The translations under genes and the position numbers were made by a program. From Rummeliibacillus sp. (GTDB taxonomy: Bacteria; Bacillota; Bacilli; Bacillales_A; Planococcaceae), in contig DATMJF010000573.1 in assembly GCA_035554455.1 (NCBI GenBank), positions 1,417 to 65,416 of the forward strand: a stretch of DNA of 64,000 bases, given 5' to 3'. A model generated the notes under the pieces. That model worked only from the letters and a program-made list of their open reading frames with translations. It was not told the DNA's origin and searched no databases. Positions 60,176 through 64,000 of the stretch are shown here, piece by piece (the stretch's first letter is position 1; each line of letters starts with the position of its first letter).

Positions 60176-60775
60176 ATGACAAATTCATGGAATGAACGAT
60201 TCAATACAACCGAATATATGTATGGTGAGGAACCAAACGTTTTTATTGAAAAATTTGCATCACAGTTAGAAGGTCTAAAAAATGTAGCGGCATTTGCAGA
60301 GGGCGAAGGGCGTAATGCAGTATTTCTAGCAAAATTAGGGCATGAAGTTACTGCTTTTGACTATGCAGAAAGTGGTTTACGTAAAACTAAGCAATTAGCA
60401 GAGAAAAATCATGTAGAAGTGAACACTGTACAGGTTGATTTACTGCAAGGTGTTATTTCTATAGAACAATTCGATGCTGCCATTATGGTGTTTGGACATT
60501 TTCCTAGAGAAAACCAACGAGTTGTATTTGAAAAAATTATAAAATCGGTAAAACCAGGTGGCAAGATCATGATGGAACTGTATTCAGAAAAACAACTCGA
60601 TTATCAAACCGGAGGGCCAAAGAAATTAGAGATGCTTTATAAGCCTCAAGATCTTTTAGATTGGTGTGAAGGTAGTAAAATACTTCACTTTTTTGTAGGA
60701 GAACAAACGAGACAAGAGGGGAAACTTCATACGGGCCTCGCTCATGTCATTCAACTTATAATTGAAAAAAACTAG
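60176..60775 (+). CDS. Class I SAM-dependent methyltransferase
   Basis: Motif I region (AFAEGEGRNAVFLAKLGHEVTAFD). ATG 60176 after AAGGAGGAG. Confidence 0.8.
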   Translation: MTNSWNERFNTTEYMYGEEPNVFIEKFASQLEGLKNVAAFAEGEGRNAVFLAKLGHEVTAFDYAESGLRKTKQLAEKNHVEVNTVQVDLLQGVISIEQFDAAIMVFGHFPRENQRVVFEKIIKSVKPGGKIMMELYSEKQLDYQTGGPKKLEMLYKPQDLLDWCEGSKILHFFVGEQTRQEGKLHTGLAHVIQLIIEKN

Positions 60776-61033
60776 ATTCGGAGACAGCTCTAATATTATT
60801 TAGGGTTGTCTATTTTTAATTCGGCGCTGTTAATTGTTAATATTTGAAAGGAATAGTTATTGTGCTAGGGCGCTGGCACTGTGCATAAAAAAATATCAGA
60901 ATCCTTTAACATAGGCTGTAATAGAAATGGGACTATAATTCCTACAAACTTACTTGAAATTAAAGCTTCATTTTGATATGATGAGAAAGTTCATTTAAAT
61001 TAGTTATCATTGTTAACTATATTAGGAGGGAAT

Positions 61034-61456
61034 ATGCTTACATTTCGAACCTTATTTCATCAATTGATTTTGACTTACAGACCATTTGAAACGCAATTGA
61101 ATGAGAAACTTGCAACACATCATTTGCACAGAACAGAGTGGTCTATCTTGTATTATTTAGTTACCTCTGAATCGATGACATTAGTAGAAATAGCAAAACT
61201 TTTAAGTGTAGAAAAGCCGAATGTCACAAGAACGATGAAGGGTTTAGCAGAACGTGGTTATGTAGAAGCAAAAACAGGCCAAGACAAACGTGAAAAACAT
61301 ATGGTTGTTACGGCAAAAGGTATGGAAATTTATAATGAGATACGAATCACTGTTGATGCATTTGAACAACAAATGTTAGCTGGTATACCAGAGGATGAAC
61401 AACTAGCATTTATTCAAACAATGCAAAAAATCAGAGGGAATTTATTAAATAGATAA
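61034..61456 (+). CDS. MarR-family transcriptional regulator
   Basis: Winged HTH (MTLVEIAKLLSVEKPNVTRTMKGLAERGYV...DKREK). Upstream of the MFS gene. Confidence 0.85.
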   Translation: MLTFRTLFHQLILTYRPFETQLNEKLATHHLHRTEWSILYYLVTSESMTLVEIAKLLSVEKPNVTRTMKGLAERGYVEAKTGQDKREKHMVVTAKGMEIYNEIRITVDAFEQQMLAGIPEDEQLAFIQTMQKIRGNLLNR

Positions 61457-61467
61457 GGGGTTTTAAA

Positions 61468-62667
61468 ATGAGTAATGTAAAAGAGAAATTATGGTCAAAA
61501 GATTTTGTCATAATGTCTATTATTAACTTCATTATTTTGGTTATTTTTTACTTATTGATGGTTACGATTGCTTCCTTTGCCGTGAAGGATTATCATGCTA
61601 CGACGAGCCAAGCAGGACTAGTTACAGGTATTTATATTATTGGAACATTAATCGGGCGCTTAGCAACAGGAAGGATTATTGATCAAGTTGGACGTAAACG
61701 CATCCTTATTATTGGATTAATATTGTTTGTTGTTACAATGTCGCTTTATTTCATTCATGCTGGAATTACAGTATTGCTTTTATGTCGCCTCGTAAATGGT
61801 ATTTCTGTTGGGATTGCATCGACAGCAACAGGTACAATTGTAGCTCAAATTTTACCAAGATCACGTAAAGGTGAGGGGATTGGTTATTATAGTATGAGTG
61901 CCACTCTTGGTACGGCAATTGGTCCTTTTATTGGTATTTTGATGAGTCAGCATACATCATATAATATTATTTTCTCATTATGTATGATCCTAGGTGTATT
62001 GTGCTTGGTAATTAGTTTTATGGCGAAAGTGCTGCCTGTACCAGATGCGCCAGAATCTGACACTGCAAAAAAAGGCTTTAGTATTTCTCAATACTTAGAA
62101 CCAAAGGCGATACCAATTGCAATTATTACAGTCTGCATGGCTCTTGGTTATGCAGGAATTCTATCGTTTATTAACTTCTTTGCAAAAGAGCGAGATTTAA
62201 TAGCAGCATCAAGCTTTTTCTTCGTTGTTTATGCTATAGCAATTTTATTAACCCGTCCATTTAGTGGACGTTTAATGGATACAAAAGGTGCTAACTACGT
62301 TATGTATCCATGCTTTGTCCTTTTTGCATTAGGCTTATTATTATTAAGTACGGCTCATAGTAGTGTGATCCTTTTAGTGTCAGGTGCAATGATTGGTATA
62401 GGTTATGGTAATCTTTCTTCTGCAGCTCAAGCAATTGCAGTAAAGCTTACACCCCCACATCGCATGGGATTAGCTACATCAACTTACTTTATTGCATTAG
62501 ATGGGGGATTAGGTATAGGACCTTATTTACTAGGTTTTTTAATTCCACTAATTGGATATGGTAAGTTATATGTATCATTAGGAATTTTTATCTTTATCAC
62601 AATTGCTATTTACTTTGTATTACACGGTCGTAAAGATCATTTGATTTTAGAAAAAAAGGCAGTGTAA
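61468..62667 (+). CDS. MFS efflux transporter (12 TM)
   Basis: GRLATGRIIDQVGRKR motif A. 399 aa. Confidence 0.9.
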   Translation: MSNVKEKLWSKDFVIMSIINFIILVIFYLLMVTIASFAVKDYHATTSQAGLVTGIYIIGTLIGRLATGRIIDQVGRKRILIIGLILFVVTMSLYFIHAGITVLLLCRLVNGISVGIASTATGTIVAQILPRSRKGEGIGYYSMSATLGTAIGPFIGILMSQHTSYNIIFSLCMILGVLCLVISFMAKVLPVPDAPESDTAKKGFSISQYLEPKAIPIAIITVCMALGYAGILSFINFFAKERDLIAASSFFFVVYAIAILLTRPFSGRLMDTKGANYVMYPCFVLFALGLLLLSTAHSSVILLVSGAMIGIGYGNLSSAAQAIAVKLTPPHRMGLATSTYFIALDGGLGIGPYLLGFLIPLIGYGKLYVSLGIFIFITIAIYFVLHGRKDHLILEKKAV

Positions 62668-62704
62668 ACCTTCAAGCCTATGTATATTCTTTTGATAGAA
62701 TGCA

Positions 62705-62743
62705 ATATATTTTAATGTTAAATATTTTAACGTTAAAATATAT
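62705..62743. promoter_or_regulatory. 18-bp-arm AT-rich inverted repeat between the MFS and SDR genes (operator and/or terminator)
   Basis: ATATATTTTAATGTTAAA tat TTTAACGTTAAAATATAT, 17 of 18 positions complementary. Confidence 0.45.
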
Positions 62744-62770
62744 TTGTTCTTAAAAAAGGAGTTGTAAACA

Positions 62771-63527
62771 ATGGGTAAATTAGATGGTAAGGTTGCTATT
62801 ATTTACTGGTGGTGCAGGCGGTATCGGTAGTGGTATGGCAAAAGCAATGGTTAAGGAAGGCGCAATTGTTACAATCGTTGATTTAAATGAAGAAACAGGG
62901 AAACAACTGGAAAAGGAATTACAACAATATTCTCCACAGTCCATGTTCCTTCAAGCAAACTTAATGGATCGTGATAACCTACCAAGTATCATTAAAACTG
63001 TTGTCGACAAATATGGTAAACTTAATATCTTAGTAAATAACGCACATGCTTCAAAACAAAAAACAATTGAAGAAACAACTCAAGCTGATCTAGACTTATC
63101 ATTCGGTACAGGTTTCTATCCAACATTTTATTTGATGCAGGCAGCACTACCTTATTTAAAAGAAACAAAGGGTAATATTATTAACTTTGCATCAGGTGCT
63201 GGTCTTAACGGACATGAAACACAAGGTGCTTATGCTGCCGCAAAAGAAGCAATTCGTGGTATCTCTCGTGTAGCTGCAAACGAATGGGGACGCTTCGGTA
63301 TCAATGTAAACTTAATCAGCCCAATTGCAAACTCTCCAGGTGTACAAGCATGGGCTAAAGCACAACCTGAATACTATGAAGATGTAAAAAATAAAATTCC
63401 AATGGGACGTTTTGGTGATATTGAAGAAGATATCGGCCGTCTAGCAGTATTTTTAGCTTCTGAAGACTCACAATATATCACTGGTCAAACAATCATGACT
63501 GACGGTGGTTCAATCATGCTTCGATAG
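62771..63527 (+). pseudogene. SDR-family oxidoreductase with a 1-nt insertion after codon 11
   Basis: SD AAGGAG plus ATG 62771 gives MGKLDGKVAII, then the frame is lost (stop at 62828-62830). Removing one T at 62802-62804 restores ...ITGGAGGIGSGMAK. The track ORF from ATG 62784 (MVRLLLFTGGAGGIGS) has no SD. YxxxK (YAAAKEA) is present. Confidence 0.7.
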
Positions 63528-63552
63528 TATTTTTCGGCGTTAGGAGGACATT

Positions 63553-63984
63553 TTGAAAAAAACGAATATTTTTCAACTTATACATGCAAACGAATTAGTA
63601 AATAATGCGAATATCATTCAATTTTCGCAACGTATCCAAAACTATATAGGGATTTCCCCTATTTTAGTGCTCAGTGAGCTTAAACAAAGAGGCGCTCAAA
63701 AGCAAACAGTACTAGCAGAGAATTTAGGTTATACACCAGGTGCAATGACCAATATTGCCTCAAAGTTGGTAAAAGAGGGATATGCAGAACGTCAATATAA
63801 TGCAGATGATCGCAGAAATGTATTATTGGCTGTAACCAATTTAGGCTTACAAGCATTGGAGGAAGCTCAAATGGTAGGGAGTGAGATACAAGTAGAATTA
63901 TTCAGTGTGTTGAGTGAAGAAGAAATTGAACAATATCTGTCCATCCAACAAAAACTATTGTTAGCTGTGAACAAGAATTCATAG
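63553..63984 (+). CDS. MarR-family transcriptional regulator
   Basis: TTG start after TAGGAGG. HTH region (QTVLAENLGYTPGAMTNIASKLVKEGY...DRR). Confidence 0.8.
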   Translation: MKKTNIFQLIHANELVNNANIIQFSQRIQNYIGISPILVLSELKQRGAQKQTVLAENLGYTPGAMTNIASKLVKEGYAERQYNADDRRNVLLAVTNLGLQALEEAQMVGSEIQVELFSVLSEEEIEQYLSIQQKLLLAVNKNS

Positions 63985-64000
63985 AAAAAAGCTTAGTTCT

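Noticed and set aside
1-64000. Search for CRISPR arrays, rRNA/tRNA genes, IS elements, integrases, prophage or known defence-system genes
   Set aside because: No regularly spaced direct repeats, no rRNA- or tRNA-like sequence, and no transposase, recombinase or defence-type domains were recognisable in any listed ORF.

Overview
Low-GC Bacillales chromosome segment; the Lysinibacillus/Bacillus-like assignment is an inference from gene order. Bases 1-19.5 kb are the conserved oriC-proximal core block: ychF (partial), rpsF-ssb-rpsR, yybS-gdpP-rplI-dnaB, purA, two orphan genes, a YitT-family gene, walR-walK-yycH-yycI-walJ, an htrA-like protease, a CxxH/CxxC mini-ORF and rlmH. From about 19.7 kb the window is a mosaic of transporters, regulators, stress and small-molecule enzymes, and unknown genes. 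Recognisable modules there include a GPR1/YaaH channel, several MFS transporters, an APC permease, an ArsB/NhaD transporter, a lysine-riboswitch ABC importer and a Fur-controlled siderophore ABC importer. Others are a GlnK/GlnL-like two-component system next to a DAACS symporter, a PadR-DUF1700-DUF4097 module, a PAS-GGDEF protein, an MCP and guaC. I recognised no rRNA, tRNA, CRISPR array, transposase, integrase, phage gene or known defence system. Noncoding signals read directly from the sequence:
- a dense DnaA-box cluster at rlmH;
- inverted PurBox pairs at purA and guaC;
- an L-box riboswitch;
- two Fur boxes;
- a perfect 10-bp tandem repeat at the -35 position of the transporter gene downstream of the GlnL-like regulator;
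- a perfect 20-bp palindrome in the MFS/Crp divergent region;
- three copies of a GC-rich palindromic repeat.
Three ORFs look disrupted: an A7-run frameshift, an in-frame TAG and a 1-nt insertion. The most system-like unknown is a tight four-gene operon (DUF1190-like lipoprotein, DUF350, an orphan protein, a GspS-like ATP-grasp ligase). I cannot show that it is new, only that its function is unassigned. All family names come from motif recognition by eye, not from database searches.
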